Below are positions 52,401 through 64,000 of a stretch of DNA of 64,000 nt, in pieces (the stretch's first letter is position 1; each line of letters begins with the position of its first letter). The position numbers were made by a program, and so were the translations under genes. The DNA lies in assembly GCA_000320545.1 (NCBI GenBank), contig ADNK01001812.1, positions 1-64,000 on the forward strand, given 5' to 3'. The DNA is from Bigelowiella natans CCMP2755. Its lineage: Eukaryota > Protista > Cercozoa. Below the pieces are notes generated by a model, which was given only the letters and a program-made list of their open reading frames with translations, did not search any database and was not told the DNA's origin.

Positions 52401-54452
52401 GGTAATGATGGCAATAAAGTCGGAAACTCGTTGGTATGTCAGTGGGACGCCATTTCCAGGTGCAGCTTCATAGTGTTTCCAAAAATTATTTTATAATTTT
52501 TCGATACACCGCATATTATGCATTCTAGTAGTCAACTACACGTCAACTTATGCAAAGCTGGCATCTTGACCATAACTCTTGGCGATTGATTCTTTGTTTT
52601 GGTCGCTGGGTAGACAATGATCTGACCCCTCGTGGCGCTCTACGTTTCCTCCGTGTGAAGATCGACGGCGTAGAGGTTCTGGAGCAAGAGGCGCGTGATG
52701 TTATTTCTGACATTTCGCTCATGGGATATAAACAGCGATTACAGAACTATAGCAGACGTATGCACGTAAATCCAGGATATGGATATAATCTAATGCTCTT
52801 TTGGACGCGTATCGGTTCATTTCTTGACCATATGCTCTACTCAAGAATGTATTGCCGCTACACGACCTCGTTCGTGAAAGGCGTCTACAAAGTGCCCGAC
52901 TACGACACGGAGATTGTCAGGCTGGCCATGCACCCGTATGAGCGCGTTCTATACGAAGACGAGGCTATGCAGATCGACCGCTCTCGAGATACAATGCGTC
53001 AGTTGTGCGCGCACCCAGCCGTGAGCTGTGTAAATGCGCCGCGATATATCAGGAGAGGAAGAGGACATAAGGTTCGGGAACAAATCAATTTGGATATTAG
53101 TTTGTATCTACGACAGCAAGCGTCTCGACTAGGAAATCAGCATCGAATGATAGTTGAAGAAATCAACTCCATTCGCAGAGGTGAGGATGCAACTGGTTAC
53201 TCTATGGCTAGCAGTAGAAGAAGTCGGGGCGACACCGAAATTCTGCTCAGGCGTTATGTGTATTATGAAAATACCCTTTATCCTCGTATGAGGCTCATTT
53301 TTAACCTGATGCGCGACGAGAAGCTCAAAGGAGTTAACGATAGTTTTTCTGGTTTTCCCATGGAGGAGCCGAGCCACTACGCACACATCATCCGATTCAT
53401 CAAGGCGAAGGCGGCAATGGAAAAACGCCTCAACCTCCAATTGTCCTTCAGGGAGGCCATCCAGTTGCGAAAAGAAGAGCGCAAGGAAAAATCCGATCGA
53501 GATCTCACCTGGGCACAGGCGCATGAAGATGCCAAGATCACAGAAACTCTCAAGCAGTCGGTCGCCTCTCACAGAGCGCAAGGGACAAGAAGTATTTACC
53601 AGTCGAGTCACTGGGGTGGATATCGCTCCTCGTTTCTACAGAATGCGATAACGGACAACTATGAGGAAATCGAGGACGATGCGCTGCCTCCGCACTACAG
53701 CGCTAAGGACTTCGAATTACCGGCTGTCGCACCGCATATGACCGAAGATGCTGTCACAAAAAATGGGTCCAAGATCACGTATGTAGTATCACGTCTTAAG
53801 CAGCTCTTGGAGGAAGGTGCGCGTGTCATTTTATTCTCGCAATGGCAACGGCTCTTCCAGGGCCTGCAGCAGGTATTGGATGATGAGGAGATCAAATACG
53901 TGCTAGTTCGGGGCAATGTGCATGTGAGGACTGGTGCGATCAGAAAGTTCAATACAGACCCGGATGTCAAAGTCATAATGTTGTCGCTCGACAGCTCTGC
54001 GTCTGGTGCGAATTTACAGAAAGCTTCGCATGTGATACTTCTCGACCCTCCTGCAGGTACTAGCAGCCAGTTCGTCAGAAGGGCGGTGTATTCATTGCCT
54101 TCACGATTTCCCCATTCTATTTAGAATCAAAATATACTTTAATTCACCCCAAATATAATTTCATTCAAATCGAAGCGTATTTTATACAAGCCGAACATGC
54201 ATTGATAACAAAAAATGCAGGAATCGTCAAGAGTCTTGCCATGAGAGATTTGTTGTGAATTTCTCGTTGTCTGTTCCAATACAAATAGGAACGAAGGAAG
54301 AGGCGGATGCTATTGAAGCGCAAGCCATTGGAAGGGCCCATCGCCAAGGACAGGACAAGAAGCTCAATGTCATTCGAATTGTCATGCGTGATTCCATTGA
54401 GGAGGAACTTCTGCAACGTAAGGAGGAAACCATAGAATGGATGCAAAGTTAA
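48246..54452 (+). CDS. SNF2-family ATPase, Rad5/16-like, no RING (paralogue B), apparently intact
   Basis: Same motif set: GGVIANEMGLGKT, TLVICPSHLAKQW, WKRIILDEGHE, RWYVSGTPF, RVILFSQW, SASGANLQKASHVILLDP, QAIGRAHRQGQ. The exons I traced splice in frame; TAA at 54450-54452. Confidence 0.92.
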
Positions 54453-55878
54453 GAGCACACTCTAGTACTCAGATACGCTGCATGTAAGCGGAAATGTATG
54501 CACCTAGACATGCGTCGTCATGCAAAACTGTGGCTTACTTGTTATTTATCCCAACTGTCGTCGCAAGTATATCTAAATGAATTTTGAAAACATCCTGGCG
54601 CCTGTTCTATCTGACGCATCGGCAATATAAGTTGATTTCTCGATTTGACCAGATGGATGCGAGCATGCTAGCTTAGCTAGCATGGCGATATCTCATCTGC
54701 CTAGTCAACACTTACGATAGACACAAAAAATGCTAGCTTGCTATCATGGCTCGACACGGCACTGCGATCAGAGCATGCTAGCGCATGCATGCGTGCTAGC
54801 TTGGCTAGCTAGCTAGTTGGGTGTCTCGAGGTTTGCTTTGAAGCTTCTAGACTTCCTAGCTCTAGAGCTTCTTGTAGTTATCCACTTGCATTATGAGTAA
54901 GCGAGTACAAATATGCTAGCTAGCTAGCGCTAGCATGCTGGCATGCACACAGCAATTGTGCAAACGCGTGCAAACGCATATACTAGCTAGCTAGCTAGCT
55001 AAAAATATACACTAGCATGTACGTGCGCAACTCCAACTCCCTCAACACAAACGCACGTCACAAAAGCTAGCAAGGCTAGCTAGCTAGAAAGATGCGAGCA
55101 TTCTGGCTAGATTTCATCTAGTTGTGCAGGCATGCCTAACCAAGATGCCCTACGACACTAGCGTAGCTTCCGGTAAAGCAAAAGCTACGTGAAATTGATC
55201 TTGCTAGGCTAGTAGGTTGTGCTAGTGTGACATGCACATGCCCACGCTAGCACACGCTGCTTACTAGCTAAGCATAAACAGCTAGACAGGTCATTGCTAG
55301 CATTGCTAGATTGGTAGCTGCATGATCAAGTAAAAACAGAATGCCTAGATGAACTGAGACTCGCTAGCTCGCCAGCTCGCATGTGTCTCTCACTAGCTCG
55401 TTATGTTAGGCCAATATTTATTAGACGTGCATTTGTGAGTCTAGCTAGACGTAAACCCATCCATGCTACCATACACGTAAAGTTAATACACACAAGCTAG
55501 CAAGATGTGTGTAAGATGTACGTGTGCCAGCTTGTTAGCTATAGCTAGCGTGTCAAGCAAAATTCAACATAATCCAAGCTAGCGAGACTACAGTAGACAA
55601 TTGATTGAGTGTTAGCGTGGCATTGCGATATTATCGTGCAGTCTAGCAGGATGAAAGTGCATTAGAATTGCTAGATTGGTCGCGCGTAACTAGCGTAATG
55701 ATGAATGAAACGACCGATGATCGTCTCGATCTTTGCTGCGACCTTTTAAACAACTAGACGATGTCATCGTCATCGTAGCAGGTACGCCTATATCTAGACA
55801 GCGCGTGTTCGTATTTGTCCGGCGAGCTTCATGCTCGAAGATTTATTAATCAAACTTGTTTTTCGACGTAGCAAATAG

Positions 55879-55968
55879 ACTTCGCTTCAATATTAAATAG
55901 GCAAAATAATCATGCTCTTTTGTACTTCGCTTTAACATTAAATGGGCAAAAAAATCATGTTCTTTTGT
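55879..55968. repeat. 2 x 45-bp tandem repeat just 3' of the BRCT gene
   Basis: 55879-55923 vs 55924-55968, 40/45 identical. Confidence 0.9.
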
Positions 55969-55991
55969 GCGTCTAATCTACTTAGAACACA

Positions 55992-57042
55992 TCATCTCCC
56001 TCCTCCTCCTTTACTACTCCTTGTTCTCCGGCGAAGTGCCCTCCTTCTTCTCTTCGAGGATGCCTCCTTCTGCGCAGCTTCTACATTTTTCGCCTCTTCC
56101 AAATTGTCGTCATTATCTGTACAAACGCAACATTAAACTTGAAGCCTTGTATGTGCTGTGCGATTCCAATGGTACTACAGTTGCGGTAAATTTTAAATAA
56201 AAATAGAAATGAACAGACTTAAAAAAAAATAAAAAAAGAATAAAAACTTGTTTTCCCACACACAATGGACAAGGGAAAACTACGCCTGCATGGCGAAAAT
56301 GCGCGTTGTCTGCACGTCACAATCTCTTCGTAACTAGACAACGTCACCGATTTCAATCAAATATCTTCCATGGTCCACACGTCCACCAGAGAGAACGTAA
56401 TCCACGATATAATCCGAACGCAAAAATGCCGCCTGAGGACGAGAAAAACAGTCGTGTTTAGAAGACTTGCCTCGCCCAAAACTCACCGCTCCCCCTTTCT
56501 ATTTCCCGCACTCGCAGCTACAGCACGGTGAGTATTCGTTACTATGTACGATGCCTTCAATAACACACACCTTGCTTGACCGAATCATATCCACTTCAAA
56601 ACCCCTGTCAACCATATCCAAGTGGTGAGCAAGCTGCTTCCGCGAAGGCGGCGGGAAGCCAAAGATTTGAGATAGGAAGAGAAAACGTTCCGAACAGAAT
56701 AGAAAACACCCCATGAGGTGAAGGGAAGGGGCGAGTTGGAAAAATAGACGGAGGAGGAGGAGAGAAAGAGCAGAAGTAAAGGCAATAGCCCACATCCAGA
56801 CACACCAAAAGATTATAATGTATATTTACGCAGCTTACATGATTTGCCTTGCGACACTTCGCTGCGAGTAGGATTCCGAGATGAGTACATAGTGTGTCAT
56901 TCGCTCGCTCGCTTCTTCGAGAATCGTTGCGCCGCCTACAGTGACATAAATTATTTTATTAAGATCCTATGAATGTGCGAAGGTGCTGCGCGCTTGTGTA
57001 TGTTTGTTTTTATGTTTATTCGTGCGAGCCAACGCCCTTTTG

Positions 57043-57092
<50 letters not shown>

Positions 57093-57271
57093 GTTGTGTG
57101 TGTGTGTGTGTGTATGTGTGTGTGCGTTTGTAAAATATCAAGTAGAAGCCATACCCTGCTGCAAAATAGCTCGCAGAAACGAAGTCTTATCCGATTTCTT
57201 AGCCGAAAATAGGTAAACCATCCAACCCTCAAATGGAGCAACCTATTACGTTGACATTACGTAAAAATATG

Positions 57272-57312
<41 letters not shown>

Positions 57313-57363
57313 GATAATCATTTGAGCGCCAAACAACAAAACTGCAGGATTTCAACACTCCTC

Positions 57364-57395
<32 letters not shown>

Positions 57396-57917
57396 GTCAT
57401 CGTCGTCGTCATCGTCGTTGTCATCGTCATCATCATCCTCGAGAGAATCTAAATCTAACCCTTGGCGCCTCCTCGCTGCCCTTCCACTTCTTGACCGCCT
57501 TCGTATTTATTGAACATAATCTATTCTGAGAGACAGCAAGGAACGAGCTACGGCTCCGCCAGCATTACTAACGTCGATCGATCTCCACGCCAAAACAAAG
57601 AAGATCGAAGCACTATAGGCCTCAAACACTCATAGAATACCGCTGATATGCTATATATTAACTATTAACAATCATAAGCTTGGAATCACAAAACGCAGGC
57701 CGCGCTGAAGCTGCTGATAGGAGCGAGCAAAATCGAGAGAAACGAGCTGGTGGCTACCGAGATGATGGTTTGCTGAGAGACGCTAGCAGCCTCTGCTGTC
57801 GTCCATTCAAAAGGCCGCATATCCAGAACTAGGTGATTCGTTTTTCTGTTTCGTTTGAAGGCAAAGGAAGGACAGCGTAATGACAATGAAAGACTTTGCC
57901 ATACATATATCTTCATA

Positions 57918-57959
<42 letters not shown>

Positions 57960-58210
57960 TCAATTATTTCTGTGCTTGTTGTGTATGTGTCGCTGTGTGA
58001 TGTGTATTTTGCGTGTGTGTGCGCGCGCGCTCTGTCGTCGCTTCTCCTACTTGTTGTGCTAGAAAGAACTACTTGTTTACCTGCATTCAACTAGGAATTC
58101 GCTGGTAAGAATGGGCACATCAGGAGTCACCATCGCCAGCACTACAGGAAGCGACCGCCCAAGCTTCTTCGCAACGAAATGCGTCCAGCCTCCTATGAGA
58201 GGGGTAGAGG

Positions 58211-58241
<31 letters not shown>

Positions 58242-60196
58242 GTGTCAAAGAGCTATTATTGTCCCCCCCCCCCCCCCCTCCACAGCAATTTTGGATTGGA
58301 GATTTGTAATTGAATCATAGAGCATGCAGCAGAGCCAAACACTATGGATCGTCAAAAGGAATCTGACGAAATCGATCGCTCCCGACGACTTATTTGATAG
58401 CCTTTCTCGCAACACGGAAAGCCAAACGGCGGCGCCGCCGCCGCCGCGGAGAAAAGGGTAGCGCGAGTCTTTCCCCTCAATCACCCTCAAGATGAAACGT
58501 ATGCATACATACATTGCTAATCCCAACCCTCCATCAAACACACCTTCAGCAATCTTGTGCTTGCCAGTCACAACAACGGCTCCTAGCTCTCCCTCGAGCA
58601 GCTGCCGAGCGTTTTTCACATCATCGTCATCCTCCTCACCCCCCCCCCCGCTTTCGGTAGCACCCTCCTCCCCAAAGCCGTAGAGAGCAAAAACCTTTCC
58701 TTTGCCCCGAGCTTTCCTTTCCCTTTCTCTCTTCTCCATCATCAGCTTCTTCCGGCGTGTGGCCTTTTTCGAGGGTTTCCGAGCTCCGCCCCCTCCACCC
58801 AGTCCCCCCCCCCTCTCGCCGTAGTAGTCTTCGGCCTCGTTGTCGGTATGGCCTGCGTTTATGGCGCCATCGAGGGATGGGTAAGGCTGGGATTGCGAGT
58901 GATGCGTTGCGTATTCGCGGTCGTATTCATCCTCTTCATCCACGTCAGCTGCGAGGCCAGCGCTCCCCACCAATCCCGTGCTGCTTCCTATCGAGTCCGA
59001 AGACGAGGTCAAGGCAGGGACGGGAGAGGGGGGAGGAGGGGGAGGGGAGGTAGGATTTAGGCAATGAATGAGACGAACGCAAACAACTAATCTTCGGCAT
59101 GCCCTCTTCGTCTACAAAAACAGCATCAATCGTGTATTTCTTAACGATGGGCTGCTTGCAAGTGACCGCTCTCCCCCAATCACAAACATCCACTTTCACC
59201 AATACAAACGCTGCTACCACAAACACTTCTTCTCCTTCTCCTCCTCCTTCTTCTTCTTCTTTTTCCATCCTCACCCAGATCGAAGTCCAGCCCAGTGCTG
59301 TTGTCCTCCTCGTCAATCTCCTTCCAAGTCTTGAAGCGTTTGCGGCGCGTGACCCTCGCCCCACCCGCTCTCTTCTTGCTTCGGGCAGGGACGAAATTGC
59401 TGGCACCGTTGTCCGGCTGCTCTACTGCCTCAGAAGACATGGAATTTGTTGTGGTCACTGGCGTTGGGGAGAGGGGGCTGCGGAGCGGGCGACGTCGGCG
59501 ATTGGTTGCCGTGCTGCTCGCAGCTAGCTTTGCCTTCACTTGCGTAGTGGTGGTGGTGGTGGTGGTAGCAGCTTGGGACTCCGCAGGTGTATTCCCCGGC
59601 TGTTTCTTGCCTATTGTCAGCAGCTTTGAGTGCTGGTGCTGGTGCTGCTGATGCTGCTCGCCAAGGAGAAAGCAGAACCGCTCAGGAACCCTTTTCTATA
59701 GGTCATGATTGGTCGGGAGGAGAGGAGGGAGGGGGGGGGGGGGGGGGTGAGATGAGCTTCTGAGGATGGGGCACGATGCATTGTTGCCAAAACAGAAAAG
59801 CATGGTCATTTCGATTTTGGTTCTCTTGGGAGCTGCTACTTCTACTCCTCTCAAAAACTGCCCCACGACGGCATGCCTACCAAACGGTTTGCTTCAACGC
59901 AGCGCATTGCCCAGGAGACGCTCGCCTAATGTTGGAAGACGAGGTAGAAAAAGGAGGAGGCAAAGAGCATCAATTGCGCCGATGTTTAACAGAGCGAGGC
60001 GAGTACTTAGACATCGAATCCAGTCTCGATCACACGGACAACGATACATGTCGAGCATGATCTACTGAGAACATTGGCCACGTTCGTATTTATGCATGTA
60101 TATACTTATCAGTAGTCACTGACCACGACGATGTCCTCCCTAGCGTTTTCTTTTCCGCCTATGGATATAGATAATGTTAGGATATATATATTAATA

Positions 60197-60237
<41 letters not shown>

Positions 60238-60664
60238 TCCAATACACATCATCATCGTCCTTGTTTGTTTGTTTGTGCTCAACCTGCCGACACCTCCCTG
60301 AATGCTTCCTGCCTTGCTGCTGCATCATCGCCCCCCCCGTCCACCCCACGGCTCTTGTTAAAAGCGCTCCCTAAAAAACAATGGCCATCAGCATGCTCGA
60401 CTTCACATTCCCCCCCGATGCTTTGCCTTCTATTACCGACGAGGAGGTGCGTGACGGATGCAGTCATCTTTGGCACGATTTGGCCTGGAAAAATACCGAA
60501 GGCAAGGCAAAACCACGATGTTACCACGGAAGAAAATATATGAGACGTTTCTGAGGAGAGGCTAGTGTTGCGAGAATAGTTTCATTTCTAGGTTTTTACT
60601 ACTTTCTCCAAAGCGAACAAAGGAAATACCTCCTCTCTCACTCACTCTCTCTTTCACTCTCTCT

Positions 60665-60706
<42 letters not shown>

Positions 60707-63700
60707 TACACACATACATAAATACAAACATACAGAGTGAGGAAGAGAGGAAGAGAGTAGGAGAGGAAGAGAGAAAGAGAGAGAGAAAGAGAGAGAAAGA
60801 GAGAAGGCGAAAGAGAAGTAGTTCATCATTCAAAGGCTCCGTACATAGCCGCTCGAAGTGCTCGTAACAGCCTTTCTTGGCCCTTAGGATTTCCCTGGCC
60901 TTCTCGGTGAGGTAGCAAATGGGAGGAGGCTCAAAGGAGGACGACGAAGGAGAGGAGGGTGAATGCTGCAGTTTCGCATCAGCGTCCTCGCTAACGTTGC
61001 TTCTATGGAGATCATTGCCTCCTCCATTCACCTAAAGGCGTGGTCGCGAGGAAAGAGGGGGGGTAGCAAATGCCATGAGAGCATGAGATGACGGTCAGTT
61101 TCGTAAACGACGATGTCAGAAGCAGAGTTATATAAAGGTACGTTCATCTTACGGAATATCCTCCTTCTTCCTTTCAGTACTTTACACTCCTACATCCCTC
61201 CCCCCTCCCCCCCCCCTCCCCCCTCCTCTCTCCTCTGGATAGATGACTATACGATGAAGGAATGGCCCCCCGCATAATATTGTTACCCGTGTTGGAGCGA
61301 TTGTCCGCCTCGCTTTTCTCCGCAACGTGCTCTTGCTGCATTGTGATCCGGAGCTTTGCTGCCGCCTCCTTTTATCGTCAGTATCCCCTATTGACGATAG
61401 CGCCCGATTTAAGCCTCTTTCGAATAGATTGCCGATGTCATCAGCACCATCGTCAAGGCCTCCTTCGTCGCCATCTTTCCTTCCTCCGCTTTGATCTTGG
61501 GCACTTGTGCGATCCGCGCTCATCGCATCTCCGTGCTTTTCTTCTTCTTCTTCTTCTTCATCTTCTTCTTCTTCTTCTCGAGTCTCATTCTCCTCCTCCT
61601 TCCCCTCGCCGCTGCTTCGCTTGGAACTGATGATGAGGCGTGGCTTTATTCGTCTGGGGTTCGTCATCTTGCAGCCAGCGCCGCGAGCTTTTAAGAGGAC
61701 TTGCGAGACTACTGCTGCTGCTCCGCGTTTCCGGGAGGACGAGGAAGAGGAGGAGGAGGAGGAAGATACTGCTGCTGCTGTTTCTGTTTGATCTCCTCCC
61801 TGCTGCTCACGAACGATTTTGTCTCGTGTATGATGACTTTGCGCTGCTGCTGCTGCTGCTGTTGGTGTATCATCAGTAGCTGCCGCAGACACAACGGTAG
61901 GAGCAGCAGGGGCGGAGGAAGAAGCAGGTTGGCTTCCTAGGACTGGGTAGTTTTCACTTGGGCTGATTGAAGGAATGGGGGGGGGGGGGGGGGGAGGGGG
62001 TCAGTGGCAATGCAGAGGAGACCGCTAGAAAATGTGTCGTTACGACAATTTTCGAACAATGTGCTCCTGATTAAATCTCAGCCTTTCGCAGCGCACTGCA
62101 CTTATGGCGATAGGTTATTACGGGAGATTTGATTATATCTCCCTCGAAGTCTTAATGGCATCATTATCATCATCATCACATCCTCGTCATCGTATGAATC
62201 TCCCTCTTTTCTCTCCTCCTTCTCCTCTTCCTACTCCTCCTCCTCATCATCATCATCTTCTTCTGCTTCTTCTTCCTGTTAGATCTCACTCACAGTGGCC
62301 GCAAAGCACGAACGCTATCGACAAGCCACATCGAATTCACCCTCTTCACCCCCCACTCTGGAGCTCTCTTGTACTTGCTGCCCTTCGGCTAGGAAGGGGT
62401 GGGGAGGGAAGGGGGGGGGGGGGGGGGGGGGGGAGTGATAAATGGGTTAGTGAACTGGCGAGAAGTGTTTTGCTCATAGCACTTTTGCTGCTGCTTGACA
62501 CACAACGAATTACCTGCCTGCACACAAGATGCGTGTGGGACTTCCGAAGCTCCTCCGTACAGCGAATATTGCCGACGCGCGCCATGCGCCTTAACTCCTC
62601 ACGCTCATCCTTGACAAACCCCGTCAGCGAGATGCGTATCTTCGCGAAACCTGACGACGACGAGGACGCGCTTATCGAGGAGGAGCCCGCCTCGGCGATA
62701 GAGCCGCTGCTGCTGTCCTTGCTGTTGCCGCCAGCGGCCCTTTTGCGTGAATCCAGCACCGATGGTCCTGTCGCGCCTGCGTTTGGGCCCGGCCTTGCGG
62801 CGTAGCGCTTCCAGTCTTCCTGCGGCTTGATAAGACGGCTCTGCGTCGCACATGCCACGACCCACTCGGGTGTCACTGCACACGGTACCATGGTCCTCCC
62901 CTCCCCTCGTTCGCGCTCGTCTCCCTCCCTGCATACGCGGTGAAAGCTGCCTGACCAGACCTCGCAGATCACGTAATCAGCAGGGGAGAGAGGGTTGGAA
63001 GAGGAGGAGGAGGAGGAAGAGGAGGCAGCATCCGTTTTCGTAAGCTCGACTAATTGGCCTCCGCAGCACTTGACTTGGTTCGTGAGGGCGAGGTGCTGCT
63101 GGAGGGTGAGAGATGATATCGAGCCCAAGGCAAACCGCAGGCCATTGAATATGCTGCTGCTAGAAGAAGAGGAAGAGGGGGAGGAGGGGGAGGGAGGGAA
63201 CGAGAGCGCGGAAGACCCCCTCGCGGAAGACTTCTCTTTCAGCCGTCGTGATTGCTTCTCCAACGAGTTCCGGCTGGAGCCTCCCTCTCCTACTACCCCA
63301 AAGCTGCTATTTGCCCTTTTCAACGATGTACCGTTCAGCGAGATCGATCGATTCAGTCGCGGTCGCTGCCGTAGTTTCTCATCGAGGAGGAGCGAAGACG
63401 CCGCCTTGCCACCTCCTCCAGCTGCTGTCATATTGCAAGATAACGTCGTGGACTGCTTGCCCATAGCGACTGGAATCGTCCTTGGCTCAGCCATAAGGCT
63501 TGTGGATCTTTGAAGCCTCTTCGCCTTCAATCGTTGCGAGAGGGTGCCTGCGGTGCTGCATCCTCCGGCGCCTGGATGTGATGACAATCGCGTCCCTCTC
63601 CTCAATGGGCGAGTATCACCAGCGTCTCCTCCCGCTGCGCCATCGTCCTTCTTCTTCAGGCTCTTGAGGAAGTTTGAGAAGTCCGTGTCCGCCATGGGAG

Positions 63701-64000
63701 GGGCCTCTTTCGCCGCCCCTGCCCCCGCCCCCCATGCTGGCATGGAGGATGCAGGGGTGGGAAGGCCAGAAGATAGGTCATCGCCTTGCCTCGTCTGAGA
63801 GCCCGGAATTTGACTCACCTCGCGCATGATGACATCCCTGCCGTCACTGCCTCCTCCCCCTCCTCCATCTCCTCCCCCCGCCTTCTCCGTTACAGAGCCA
63901 GTATTGAAGGAGTGAGTGGAAAGCGACGAGGGGCCCACCAACTCCGAAGCTGAAGAGGCTGTTGTCTTCCGGCGGCGGAGGCGACTCAAAATCCGGTTCC
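55992..64000 (-). CDS. Multi-BRCT scaffold protein, TopBP1/Dpb11/Rad4-like; 5' end outside the window
   Basis: BRCT-like segments: IFNGLRFAL..GGQLV..ADYVIC..VTPEWVVAC; IRISLTGF..REELRRM..HTHLVC..WLVDS; SVTHLLVG..VSWAMRC; and a C-terminal GKVFALYGF..LGAVV..THFVAKKLGRS. Long low-complexity linkers; TGA at 55994-55992. Orthology not established. Confidence 0.65.

Noticed and set aside
41469-54452. SNF2 genes as DNMT5-like methyltransferases or as the mutator itself
   Set aside because: No methyltransferase or deaminase motifs were seen; adjacency to the desert is not evidence of causation.
273-60829. Many ORF-track peptides with YIYIYI, VCVCVC, RERERE, SLSLSL or THTHTH
   Set aside because: They are translations of intronic microsatellites or antisense frames of real exons.
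41469-64000. DNA-repair gene cluster (two SNF2 plus multi-BRCT)
   Set aside because: One duplication plus one neighbour is compatible with chance.
1-64000. CRISPR arrays, rRNA, tRNA, intact transposase or RT genes
   Set aside because: No repeat-spacer periodicity or recognisable motifs found by eye.

Overview
Intron-rich eukaryotic (protist-like) nuclear DNA. Nearly every intron carries (TA)n, (TG/CA)n or (GA/TC)n microsatellites, so most ORF-track entries are artefacts; I rebuilt genes by hand from GT..AG junctions. Gene content, left to right: the 3' part of a Cys-rich zinc-finger gene; a low-complexity hypothetical gene; a possible small coiled-coil gene; pescadillo (PES1/NOP7, 5534-9480 +); a ~28-kb minus-strand gene (3 NZF fingers, a CE-clan-like protease motif set, DUF3638 P-loop region, DUF3645, a jacalin-like insert, EF-hands); a head-to-head pair of RING-less Rad5/16-type SNF2 ATPase paralogues; and the 3' part of a multi-BRCT (TopBP1/Dpb11-like) gene. 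The main observation is a sharply bounded ~2.4-kb 'TpA desert' (39301-41680) with only 7 TpA by my count, 6 of them in CTAG. Three internal comparisons (a paralogue exon, a direct-repeat pair and a tandem repeat) point to TpA->TpG/CpA (A>G) hypermutation that spares CTAG, the opposite direction to fungal RIP. A weaker form of the signature marks three 3' intergenic spacers, while intronic (TA)n tracts are intact. All counts are manual and no database searches were run.
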